From NCBI GenBank assembly GCA_049322255.1, contig JBMORE010000195.1, forward strand, positions 1-43,977: DNA of 43,977 nucleotides. Reading direction: 5' to 3'. This document shows, piece after piece, positions 27,140 through 36,091 of the stretch. Position numbers and translations under genes: made by a program. The notes beneath the pieces were generated by a model, which was not told the DNA's origin, searched no databases, and was given only the letters and a program-made list of their open reading frames with translations. The stretch comes from Myxococcota bacterium (GTDB lineage: Bacteria; Myxococcota; Myxococcia; Myxococcales; Myxococcaceae). Position 1 is the first letter of the stretch, and each line of letters starts with the position of its first letter.

Positions 27140-27984
27140 GACGAGCTTCCACCCGCGAGCGTCGAGGGAACCGTGGTCTCGAAGACGAGCTCGGCCGGCC
27201 CGCGCAAGTCGACGGCGGCGAGGCCCTTGGCCACGCGGATGGCCAGCTTTCCTCCAGGAAGAGTGACCTGCACCCACTGCTCCGCCGGGAGCTTTCCTAA
27301 GTGCACCGCCACCGCCACCGCCGCGCAGGCCCCGGTGCCGCAGGCCTGGGTGAGCCCCACCCCGCGCTCCCACACCACGAGGGTGACTTCGCCGCCGTCG
27401 ACCTGCGCGAATTCGACGTTGGTGCGGTCGGGGAAGCCCGTCGCTCGCTCGAGCGTTGGGCCGATGCGAGAGGCCTCTTTCAGCGGCGCGTCGAACAGCA
27501 CCAGGTGCGGGTTGCCCATGCTCACCGCGGTGCCGGTGTAGCCCTCCACCGGCTTTTGCACGAAGGGGCGGCCGGTCTGGCTGGAGGGAAGGCTCGGGGC
27601 CACCAGCCGCGCGGGTCCCATCGCCACCTCGACCTCCGCGACTTTGCCATCGAAGCCGTAGGTGACGGCGCACTGAAGCACCCCCGCGCCGGTCTCGACG
27701 GGGATGGCCGCTGGCTTCTTCCCTTTGTAGTGGTCGACCAGGTACTTCACCGCGCAGCGAAGGCCGTTGCCGCACATCTCGGGCACACTGCCGTCGGCGT
27801 TGTGCACCACCATGTGCGCCCACGCACGGTGGGAAGGCAGGAGCACCAGCACCCCGTCGGCACCCACTCCCCGGTGGCGATCGCACAAGCGCCGGGTGAG
27901 CGCCTCGTCGATGTCACCGCCCCCCGCGCGCCGATCGAGCACGAGGAAGTCGTTTCCCAGCCCGTGGTACTTGAAGAGCTTCAC
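27136..27984 (-). CDS. dapF: Diaminopimelate epimerase
   Basis: KYHGLGNDF, GVGADG, NADGS.PEMCGNGLRC, MGNPH and ERGVG.TQACGTGACA motifs. Confidence 0.97.
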   Translation of the reverse strand: MKLFKYHGLGNDFLVLDRRAGGGDIDEALTRRLCDRHRGVGADGVLVLLPSHRAWAHMVVHNADGSVPEMCGNGLRCAVKYLVDHYKGKKPAAIPVETGAGVLQCAVTYGFDGKVAEVEVAMGPARLVAPSLPSSQTGRPFVQKPVEGYTGTAVSMGNPHLVLFDAPLKEASRIGPTLERATGFPDRTNVEFAQVDGGEVTLVVWERGVGLTQACGTGACAAVAVAVHLGKLPAEQWVQVTLPGGKLAIRVAKGLAAVDLRGPAELVFETTVPSTLAGGSSS

Positions 27985-28002
27985 GCCGCTTTGCCTCACC
28001 GG

Positions 28003-31000
28003 CTACTTTTTCTTCGACGGAGGAATGGCTTCGTCCTCGCCCATCTCCAAAGGCTCGTCGAGCTCTTCCACCGAGAGGTCGAACTCGTCGGTTGCGAATG
28101 GCTTGGGCAGTGTGGGAGCCGAAGGCCGGTGCGGCACGGGGGCGGGCTTCGCTGGCGGAACGACCATCACGGGCCTGGTGACCTCGTCCTTCACTTCACC
28201 TGCGCGCTCGACCCTGCGCTCGTGGACTTTCGAGGGCGGACTGCTCGCCGCGCCCCGGCCGAGCACCCGGCGCAACGCGGAGAGCTCGGTCTCCTGGGCA
28301 GTGAGGCGCCGCTGCAGCAAGTCGAGCTTCTGGTCTTTCTCGGCCACCACCGCGGTCAGTTGATTCTCCTTCTGCGTCGCCATCAGGCTGGCCGTGCGCA
28401 ACTGGCTCGTCTCGTCATCGAGCGCCTCCAGCTTGCCGAAGAGCGCGGCACGCTCCGCTTCCAACCGTTCCACTTCGCCAGTGAGCCGGGCGCGCTCCTC
28501 CTCCCTGAAGCGCTGCTCGGCCTCCAACGCCTCGACGCGCTCGCGCAACCTGGGTAGCTCGGTTTGGGTGGCCGCCAGCGTGTCCTTGGCGCTGGTGAAC
28601 AGCTCATCGGCCTCGCGCGCCTTCACCCGGGCCGCGACCAGCTCGGCCTCCTGCGCCAAGCTCGTTTCCTTGAGCGCCTTCGCCTCGGCACCCACCTGGT
28701 CGAGCGCGGAGTGGGCGGTGGCCAGGTCGGCTTGCAGCGCCGCCCGCGCCGACTCCAGTGCCCCCACCTGCGCCTTCCACGCCGCCAGCTCGTCGCGCGC
28801 GGTGTCGAGCTCCTCTTGCAGGGTCAGCTTGGCCGACTGGTGCCCGCGGGCTTCGGAACGGGCGGACTCCACCTGCGCGCGCAGCTCCGCCAACTCCGCC
28901 CCCCGCGCGTCCCGCTCCGCCCGGGCCGACTCCAGCGCGCTGGTGCGCTCGGCCAGCTCGACTTGTGCCTGCTGGCGAGCCTGGGTCTCGGCGACGAGCT
29001 TTTCCTCCAGAGCGCGCCCCAACTCCTCGCGCGCCTGTTCCGCGGCGGCGAGCTTCTCGTCGCGTTCCTTCTGAGCCTCCGCACGGGCGCCTTGGACGTC
29101 GGCGAGCTCGACCCGCAAGCGCTCCTGCTCCGCCAGCCGCTCCGCGGCCAGGCGATGGGCTTGTTCCAGGCGTTCCTGCGCGCCCGCCGCCTCCGAGGAG
29201 AGCTCCGCTTCGTGCTGCTTGTTTCTCCGCTGTTCCTCCTCGAGCGCCCCTTGCAGCTGGGTGGCGCGCGCGTTGGCTTCCTCCAAAGAGCGCCGGGCGT
29301 CGCCGAAGTCGGCCTCGAGGCCGGCCACCCGCTCGGCAGTCGAATGCGCCTCCGCCTGCGCCTGGTCGCGCTCGCGCTGAAGCGCCCTGGCCTGCTCGAC
29401 GGCCGCGTCGAGCTCGGTTTGCAGCTCGGCGGTACGCGACAGGGCCGACCGCAGCTCCTGCCGGCTCGTCTCGAGCTGTTCTTGGAGCTCGCTCGAGGAG
29501 GCCCCCTGGCTCTTCAGCTGCTCGGAGAGCCTGGCCACCTCGAGCGTGTCGGCCTCGCGGGCAGCGCGTTCCTCGGCCAGCGCCACCTCGGCTTGCTCGC
29601 GCGCGCTGCGCTCGGCGCCGAGGGTCGTGGTCAGGTCTTTCTCCAACCGCCCGGAGCGGGCGCGCGCCACCTCCAGCTCGGCCTCGTTCTGCTCCGCGCG
29701 CTCCGCGGCGTCGGCGAGCTTCTCTTCCAAGACCTGCGCGAGGTCGCGCGCGGCGCGTTCCGAACCGGCCAGCGTCTGCACGTCACGCGCCAACCGGTCG
29801 GCCGAAGCGCGGGCCGCCACCAGCTCGGTCTCCAGCGCGGCGCGCTCTGCCAGGTGCCCCTGAATCTCCTTCACCAGCTCTTCGGCCCGCACGCGCTCTG
29901 CGGCCAACTCGTCTTTGAGGCGCGCGGCAGCCTCGGCGTCGGCCTCCCCCATTCGGAGCGCCTGGGCGAGGTCGGCTTCCTTGCGCAACAGTAAGTCTTG
30001 GGCCTCGGTCGCCGAGGAGGTGGCATGGGCGAGCTTGCCCTGCAGGTGCTCCACCGCTGAAACGGCCTGCGAAAGCTGCTCGGCGAGCCGAAGCTCGCGC
30101 TCTTTGGAGGCTGCCAAGGCGCGCTCATGGTCCGCCGCGACGACACCGGCGCGATCGGCGGCCAGCTTGCCGCGCTGAAGCTCGATGCGCGCTTGCACCG
30201 CCTCGTCCTGCACCCGGCGCAACTCCTCATAGGACTGGGTCAGGCGCTCGCGGGTGTCGTTGAGCTCGCGGGTGACCTCGTCCTTGCGGGCACGCTCGAG
30301 ACGCACCTCTTCCTGCGCGGCGAGGGCGAGGACGTTGGCGTCCTTCGCCTTCTGCTCCTGAAGCTCCGCTTCCTTCGCGACACGGGCAATGTGCCCTTCC
30401 GCGTCGGCGGCGCGCTCCTTGGCCACCTCCAGCTCGGCCTCCACCCGGCGCAGCCGCGCGGCCAGCTCGTCTTGGCGGCGGTCGACCTCGGGACGGGCGG
30501 CGAGGGACTCGAGCTGGGCGGTGAGACGGCGTACCGCCTCCTTCGATTCTTCGAGCGACTCGCGTAAGCCCAGCGCCTCGGCCTGGCGGGTGTGGGCTTC
30601 GTGGCGCGCCTGCGCCAGCGCCTCTTTGAGGCGGGTGCTGCGCTCCTCCCAGTTGCGGGCGCGTTGGGTGTACTCCTCCAGGCGGCCGCCGGTGTATGCC
30701 AAGGGTTCGGGCGGCAGCTGCACCCAGGTGGGGTCGAAGTTGCGCACCGGCTCGTTACCGGCGAGCACCACGAAGTAAGCCGCCTCGCTGGTGCCGGCGA
30801 GCGAGCCGTCGACTTGGAGCCCCTCGCCTTTCTCGAAGGCGAGCTGGTAGCCCAAGACCGGGCTTTGGGTCGCAACCTCGATGGACTGGAAGTGCGTGGA
30901 GAGCGCGTCGACGAGCTGCCCGTAGGTGGGGGGGGCCTCTTCTTCCGGGTCCATCACCTGCGAGAGCGCCAACCCGGCGGCGTTGCGCAGGCCGCCCATC

Positions 31001-31365
31001 AGAAAGCCGTTGGGGGCGATGAGGCGCACCAGCTCTTTGAGAAGCTCGGGCGCGCGCACGTACGGAGCGAGGTCGGCGACCATCACCAAATCGAAGCTTC
31101 CCGGCTCGAGGTCGTCGTAGACGTTGGCGCGAAAGCGCAGGTTGGGCTCGGCGAAGCGGGCCTTGGCCTCTTCCACCGCGGCGATGTCGGCGTCGCAGGC
31201 CACCACGATGCGGGCGCCGCGGGTGGCCAAGAAGCGCGCGCTCTGGCCCAAGGTGGAGGCCACCGCCCCCACCTCGAGCACCCGGCGCCGAGCGTAGAGG
31301 CTCTCGGCGAAGATGTAGCGCGGCAACAGCTCGCTCTGGCCGAGCCGGCGGAACGAGGTGGACAT
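28003..31365 (-). CDS. Class I methyltransferase-like domain fused to a very long coiled coil (~1120 aa)
   Basis: RYIFAE...RRVLEVG...VVACD...SFDLV N-terminal domain, then ~800 aa of E/A/R/L heptads and a Pro-rich/acidic tail. Start ATG 31365. Confidence 0.85.
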   Translation of the reverse strand: MSTSFRRLGQSELLPRYIFAESLYARRRVLEVGAVASTLGQSARFLATRGARIVVACDADIAAVEEAKARFAEPNLRFRANVYDDLEPGSFDLVMVADLAPYVRAPELLKELVRLIAPNGFLMGGLRNAAGLALSQVMDPEEEAPPTYGQLVDALSTHFQSIEVATQSPVLGYQLAFEKGEGLQVDGSLAGTSEAAYFVVLAGNEPVRNFDPTWVQLPPEPLAYTGGRLEEYTQRARNWEERSTRLKEALAQARHEAHTRQAEALGLRESLEESKEAVRRLTAQLESLAARPEVDRRQDELAARLRRVEAELEVAKERAADAEGHIARVAKEAELQEQKAKDANVLALAAQEEVRLERARKDEVTRELNDTRERLTQSYEELRRVQDEAVQARIELQRGKLAADRAGVVAADHERALAASKERELRLAEQLSQAVSAVEHLQGKLAHATSSATEAQDLLLRKEADLAQALRMGEADAEAAARLKDELAAERVRAEELVKEIQGHLAERAALETELVAARASADRLARDVQTLAGSERAARDLAQVLEEKLADAAERAEQNEAELEVARARSGRLEKDLTTTLGAERSAREQAEVALAEERAAREADTLEVARLSEQLKSQGASSSELQEQLETSRQELRSALSRTAELQTELDAAVEQARALQRERDQAQAEAHSTAERVAGLEADFGDARRSLEEANARATQLQGALEEEQRRNKQHEAELSSEAAGAQERLEQAHRLAAERLAEQERLRVELADVQGARAEAQKERDEKLAAAEQAREELGRALEEKLVAETQARQQAQVELAERTSALESARAERDARGAELAELRAQVESARSEARGHQSAKLTLQEELDTARDELAAWKAQVGALESARAALQADLATAHSALDQVGAEAKALKETSLAQEAELVAARVKAREADELFTSAKDTLAATQTELPRLRERVEALEAEQRFREEERARLTGEVERLEAERAALFGKLEALDDETSQLRTASLMATQKENQLTAVVAEKDQKLDLLQRRLTAQETELSALRRVLGRGAASSPPSKVHERRVERAGEVKDEVTRPVMVVPPAKPAPVPHRPSAPTLPKPFATDEFDLSVEELDEPLEMGEDEAIPPSKKK

Positions 31366-31448
31366 GGGTGCGCCCGAGTATAGCCCCGCGCTCACCTTCC
31401 CCAAGGAAAGTGGGGAAGCCTGGCGGGCGGTCGAGCGTCTGCTGCCGA

Positions 31449-32819
31449 TCAAGCCGGCTCTACCCGCATGCGGACACCGTTCTTCGGGCTGAGCGTGACA
31501 GCCGGCATGGGCTCCGCCTGAAAGCCCGGCTCCAACTGAAGGCGAAAAGCCTGGAGGATGACCGGCACCAAGATCTGCATCTCCATGGTGGCGAAGCCCG
31601 CTCCGATGCATTTGCGCTGGCCGCCGCCGAACGGTGTGTACGCGTAGAGGTGGCGTGTCTTCACCTTCTCGGGGAGGAAGTGGTCCGGGTCGAAGCCCTC
31701 GGGGTGCTCGAAGAAGCGCGGGTCGCGGTGGATGACCCACGGGCACCACAGAACGTTGGTGCCTTTCTTGATCCGCACTCCGCCAATCTCGTCCGGGCCC
31801 ACCGAGGTTCGTCCGAATATCCACGCCGGGGGGTACAGGCGCATCGACTCGTCGATGACCCGCGCCGTGTACGGCAGGTTCGGCAGGTCCTCCATGCGCG
31901 GGAAACGTTTCCCGAGGACTTGGCCGATCTCTCGCCGCAGCTCGCGCTCGACCGTCGGGTGCTTGCCCAAAAGATAGAAGGTCCAGGAGAGCGCGTTCGA
32001 TGTCGTCTCGTGTCCGGCGAGGTAGAAGGTCGTCAGCTCGTCGCGAAGCTGCTGGTCGCTGAGCGACTCACCCGTCTCCGGGTCGCGCGCATCGAGCATC
32101 ATCTGAAGCAGGTCATCGCCCTGTGTCTTGCCCGACCGCCGCTCCTCGATGAAGCGGTAGATGAGCCCATCGAGCAGCTTCGAGGCAGCCCGGAACCGGC
32201 GCATCCCCGGGGTGGGGACGTACTTGGGCGTCATGAACATCGAATTCGTCTGGAGGAAAATGTAGCTCGACGCCTGATCGACCGCCGGACCGACCTTGTC
32301 GCCCTCGTCGCCCAGCTCGCGCGAGAAGAGCGCGCGGCCGACGATCTTGAGCGTGAGCCTTTTCATCTCGGCGGCGACGTCGAGGACGGTGTCCTCGCCC
32401 TCCTTCGCGAGCCGTGCCCGCCAGCCATCGAGCATCTCGAGGCCACTTCGGACCATCGTGTCGGCGAAGGAGGCGATTCGCTGGCGGTGGAAGACCGGGT
32501 TGGCAATGCGGCGCTGGCGCTTCCAGAAATCGCCCTCGCTGAGGAGGAGTCCATTCCCGAGGATGGGGAAGATGGCCTTGCGGAAGCGCTCCTGCTTCTG
32601 CCAGTTCGCGACGTTGTCGGCGAGGATGTACTTGAGATGGTCCGGGTGGGAGAAGACGAAGAGCTCTTCGGGCCCGAGCCGCAATCGCGCGATGTCGCCG
32701 TGCTCGCGGCGAATACGCAAGAAGAGGTTGAGGGGATCGCGCTGGAGCTGGCGGACGTTGCCCAAGGCCAGGCACCCCTGCGGGCCGGTGACGCTCATCG
32801 TGGAGCGCACCATACTCAT
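31449..32819 (-). CDS. Cytochrome P450
   Basis: AGHETT I-helix, ESMR (ExxR), FDPDHF and FGGGQRKCIG heme-binding motif. Confidence 0.96.
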   Translation of the reverse strand: MSMVRSTMSVTGPQGCLALGNVRQLQRDPLNLFLRIRREHGDIARLRLGPEELFVFSHPDHLKYILADNVANWQKQERFRKAIFPILGNGLLLSEGDFWKRQRRIANPVFHRQRIASFADTMVRSGLEMLDGWRARLAKEGEDTVLDVAAEMKRLTLKIVGRALFSRELGDEGDKVGPAVDQASSYIFLQTNSMFMTPKYVPTPGMRRFRAASKLLDGLIYRFIEERRSGKTQGDDLLQMMLDARDPETGESLSDQQLRDELTTFYLAGHETTSNALSWTFYLLGKHPTVERELRREIGQVLGKRFPRMEDLPNLPYTARVIDESMRLYPPAWIFGRTSVGPDEIGGVRIKKGTNVLWCPWVIHRDPRFFEHPEGFDPDHFLPEKVKTRHLYAYTPFGGGQRKCIGAGFATMEMQILVPVILQAFRLQLEPGFQAEPMPAVTLSPKNGVRMRVEPA

Positions 32820-32928
32820 AACTTCGCCGCGGCGACGAACGCGTCGCGCGGCAAGGTGAATTTGGGCCTGACGCTTCCGAGAAGTTACCCTAGGAGCTCA
32901 CCACCCCTCACCCCTGGGAAAAGATTCG

Positions 32929-34329
32929 ATGACACGGCTGCTGCTCATGCTCCTATTCCTCGCTCCCCCATCGCTGACCTACGGTGCGACGTACTACGTG
33001 GACCAGGCGCACCCGAACGCCAACGACGCCAACCCAGGCACCAGCGAGTCCGCTCCCTGGCTGACGCTCGCTCGCGCCATGCAGTCCAACGTGGTCGCGG
33101 GAGACACCATTTACGTGAAGAACGGGACGTACGACGCCGGCGGAGCCCCCTTTGAGCCCGCGAGCTCGGGCATGCCCGGCAACCCGATCGCCTTTCGCGC
33201 CTACACGCCATCGTCCGGGGCGCGCCACGTCCCCTTGCTGACGCAGCCAGGAGGAGATCCGACAGGCTCCAATCGCCCGGTGATTTCCTCCTCGGGTCGC
33301 AACTACATCATTTGGGATGGGTTTCGCTTGGGCCCGTGGACCAATGCGCAGGTTTACGGCTCGACAAACAACAAAGCGACCGGGAACGTCTTCGAGAACC
33401 TGATCATCGATAGAGGCGCTTCGGTGCCCGCGTCCTGCGGCAACAACAACTACGCGGGCATTTTCGTGCAACTCGCCTCGTTCACCACGATTCGCTACAA
33501 CACGATTCGAAATGTGACCTACACTGGCTGCACAGCATTAAACGCCACCGGGATGACGTTGTACGACACCGACAACACCCACGTTCACAACAACGAAATA
33601 TACAATGTCAACACCGGCATCAGCGACAAAGAGAACGGCGTCTCCAACATCCATGAGCTAAATTACATTCACGATGTGTCGTACGGCCCCTTCGTGCACT
33701 TCCAAGGCTATGTCACCAGCCGCTGTGGCGTCTGTCCTGTTCAAAACAACGTCGTTCGATACAACGTCGGCGTGAACGCCGAGATGGCCGTATATCACAA
33801 CCTCGGCGACCCTTCGATTCAAACCAACATCGACGTGCATAACAATACTTTTTACAATGTGCGTCTTGGATTCGCCATGTTCGGGGCGGTTCCTGACATC
33901 GACTACTACAACAACATTGTGGTCGTCAGCGGGCTGAGTACTTACGCTCAAATCGGGCTTACAAACATTCCGAGCGACTGGATGAGTAACTATAACGTAC
34001 ATCGCGCTCTCAACGGCGGGAGCATTCGATTCAGGCCGCCATCTGGATTCGAGACGTTGGCCGCGTGGCAGGCACGGGGGCCGGGGTACGACCCCGTCAC
34101 CGTGCTGGCGGATCCGCAGTTCGCGGGCTCTCCGTCAAACAACGCCCGGTACTACAGGCCGCAAGCCGGGTCTCCGGCTCTTGGAGCCGGACGGGTGGGC
34201 GGCACCTCGAGCGGGGCCGTGGTCAACATCGGCGCCTACGCCACGGGCAGCGAGTGCGTCGGGCTTCCCTCAGCGTGCGGGGCGTCGAGCGGCGCACCGT
34301 CCCCTCCCCGAGGGCTCTGGGTGCGGTGA
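32929..34329 (+). CDS. Secreted right-handed parallel beta-helix (pectate-lyase-like fold) protein
   Basis: Signal peptide, TYYV...NDANPGT...PW.T...AGDTIYVK.GTY, Asn-rich repeats (IRYNTIRN, VHNNEIYN, VHNNTFYN). Confidence 0.85.
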   Translation: MTRLLLMLLFLAPPSLTYGATYYVDQAHPNANDANPGTSESAPWLTLARAMQSNVVAGDTIYVKNGTYDAGGAPFEPASSGMPGNPIAFRAYTPSSGARHVPLLTQPGGDPTGSNRPVISSSGRNYIIWDGFRLGPWTNAQVYGSTNNKATGNVFENLIIDRGASVPASCGNNNYAGIFVQLASFTTIRYNTIRNVTYTGCTALNATGMTLYDTDNTHVHNNEIYNVNTGISDKENGVSNIHELNYIHDVSYGPFVHFQGYVTSRCGVCPVQNNVVRYNVGVNAEMAVYHNLGDPSIQTNIDVHNNTFYNVRLGFAMFGAVPDIDYYNNIVVVSGLSTYAQIGLTNIPSDWMSNYNVHRALNGGSIRFRPPSGFETLAAWQARGPGYDPVTVLADPQFAGSPSNNARYYRPQAGSPALGAGRVGGTSSGAVVNIGAYATGSECVGLPSACGASSGAPSPPRGLWVR

Positions 34330-34361
34330 TAAATACGAACAGCGAAACGACCCGAAGAGGC

Positions 34362-34409
34362 TCACCGCCCGTTCATCACGTCGATGAAGGGCATGTTGCG
34401 GTACTTCTC
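34362..34409 (-). repeat. Detached imperfect copy of the hpt 3' end (att-like direct repeat, copy A)
   Basis: 42/48 identical to 36088-36135; translates EKYRNMPFIDVMNGR* versus hpt EKYRNVPFIGVMNGK*. Confidence 0.9.
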
Positions 34410-34459
34410 AAGGGGCTGCCGGACGCAAACACGTTGATTTCATTACACTCTAGGACTGG

Positions 34460-34495
34460 TTGACATATTGATGTCGGACGCGCATATCGTGATGC
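34460..34495 (+). promoter_or_regulatory. Putative vapBC promoter/operator
   Basis: TTGACA at 34460-34465 and TATCGT at 34485-34490 (19-bp spacer); palindromes GACAT-N4-ATGTC and GCAT-N6-ATGC overlap both boxes. Confidence 0.55.
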
Positions 34496-34747
34496 ATGCG
34501 CACGACGATTCGCCTCGATGACCATCTGCTTCGCTCAGCCAAGAAGGCGGCGGCCGAGCGAGGGGTGACATTGACGTCCCTCATCGAGGATGCACTGCGT
34601 GAGGTCCTCGCCCGGCAGTCTCGGCCAGAGCCCGGGGAGGCGCTCTCGCTGCCGGTTTTTCATGGCGACGGCGTGAGGCCAGGAGTCGACCTCGACAGCA
34701 CCTCCTCGCTCCTCGACCTGATGGACGAGGCGCATGACCCTGCTTGA
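34496..34747 (+). CDS. vapB: Type II antitoxin, ribbon-helix-helix (VapB-like)
   Basis: MRTTIRLDD.LL..AK..AA..G.TLTSLIEDALR N-terminus; overlaps the PIN toxin gene. Confidence 0.9.
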   Translation: MRTTIRLDDHLLRSAKKAAAERGVTLTSLIEDALREVLARQSRPEPGEALSLPVFHGDGVRPGVDLDSTSSLLDLMDEAHDPA

Positions 34748-35165
34748 TGTCAATGTGCTGGTCTATTCGTACCGCGCAGATGCAACAGACCACGTTCGCT
34801 TTCGCGGTTGGCTGGCGGAACACGTCGGGGCTCCGCCGTCGTTTGGGCTGACAGACTTGGTGCTCAGTTCCTTTCTGCGCATCGTGACAAACCCAAGGGT
34901 GTTCAAGACCCCGTCCCCCACGGGCGATGCGCTGGCGTTCATCTCCGCTGTCCGCAGCAGCAAGAACTGTGTCTTGGTGGCACCCGGACCGCGCCACTGG
35001 GACATCTTCGTCGACCTGTGCACGCGCGCCGGCGTACGAGCCAACTTGGTTCCGGATGCGTTCTTGGCGGCGCTGGCCATCGAGTCGGGCAGCGAGTGGA
35101 TCACGACCGATCGCGACTTCGCCCGCTTTCCTGGCCTGCGATGGCGTCATCCACTCGCGCCCTGA
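34734..35165 (+). CDS. vapC: PIN-domain toxin VapC
   Basis: LLDVNVLVY, FLRIVTNPR, NLVPDA.LAALAIE and TTDRDFARFPGL motifs. Confidence 0.93.
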   Translation: MTLLDVNVLVYSYRADATDHVRFRGWLAEHVGAPPSFGLTDLVLSSFLRIVTNPRVFKTPSPTGDALAFISAVRSSKNCVLVAPGPRHWDIFVDLCTRAGVRANLVPDAFLAALAIESGSEWITTDRDFARFPGLRWRHPLAP

Positions 35166-35169
35166 GTCC

Positions 35170-36091
35170 TCACCACCCAAAGCCCACGTTGAGCCACAAC
35201 CCACGCGGCTGAGCGCGGTCGAGCCGAATGTCCTGGAACCCACCCTCGACCATCACCGGCATCGGGCTCGTAGACAGCTGACCACCGTCGAGCGCGATTA
35301 CCGGCGCAGCGAAGAACCAGAAGGAGGCGTCGGGAAAGCCCAGCGGGTAGACGCCCCTTCTCCCAGCGGTAAATCTCCAATCGAGCGGTCGGCGCCAACA
35401 GGTGCGCCGAGCCGCTGATCCCGGGGGGCACTGAGGGCAGGGTGAACCAAATGAGGCCGTAGTCGAGGTAGTAGCCGCTGATGAAGGACGGGGTATGCCA
35501 GCGGCGAGCTCCTCCGCGCAGCCCGAATCCTCCCCACGTCAGCCCGCCCGGCTCGAAGTTGAGCGTGGCCATGCCCACGGAGCCCCACATGGGTTGAAAA
35601 GAAGCCTCCTCCGCCATCCGCTCGCTCCAGGCCACCTGGCGTTGGGCGCGCTCCCAGTCGGTGCGTTCAGCCGCTGCCTTTTCCGCCGCCGCACGGGCGC
35701 GTGCTTCTGCCTCGGCCAGCCCTTCGGGACCAAGCAGCTCCCACAGCCAGCGGGCGCAGAGCTTGCCGCCGTCGAAGCCATCGCACACCGCCGACACCTG
35801 CTCAGGTCCCCGCGCGATGAGCCGAACCCGCGCCAGCTCGCGCTGGCTGGCGCTTGCCAAAATGAAGACGAGCTCGCCGTCCTCCTCCTCGAGGCGCTCC
35901 ACCGGGCAAGTGGGAAGACAAAAAGGCGCGCCCTGGGTGCGAATGTCCTTCACGGCCCGGAGCCGCTCGCGCGCGGCATCGATCGAGAGCGGAAAGGTGT
36001 GCGCCTCGAGCTCACGAACCAGGCCGGGGGGCAGTGAGTGAGCGCAGCTTGCGAGCACGCCGACGGCGGCGAAGCACCTGTGAAGCTTCAC
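35170..36091 (-). pseudogene. Frameshifted lipoprotein / outer-membrane protein gene
   Basis: GTG start overlaps the hpt stop; lipobox LASC. Removing one base from the G4 run (35354-35357) joins a frame ending LWLNVGFGW* at 35170, 4 nt from the vapC stop. Confidence 0.6.

Noticed and set aside
25283..27886. Extended N-termini in the ORF track (867-aa, 1273-aa, 601-aa, 720-aa calls)
   Set aside because: The extensions overlap neighbouring real genes; internal starts with an RBS or stop-start overlap fit better.
31391..31420. Hairpins at 31396-31418, 32826-32852 and 2869-2893
   Set aside because: Short GC-rich stems without U-tracts or shared sequence; no function can be assigned.
31449..34329. 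P450 plus beta-helix protein as a biosynthetic cluster
   Set aside because: No scaffold-forming enzyme, precursor peptide or redox partner is nearby; they are probably independent accessory genes.
34410..34459. AT-rich stretch beside the hpt repeat as a dif/attC-like recombination site
   Set aside because: No convincing match to XerC/XerD arms or attC R/L boxes.
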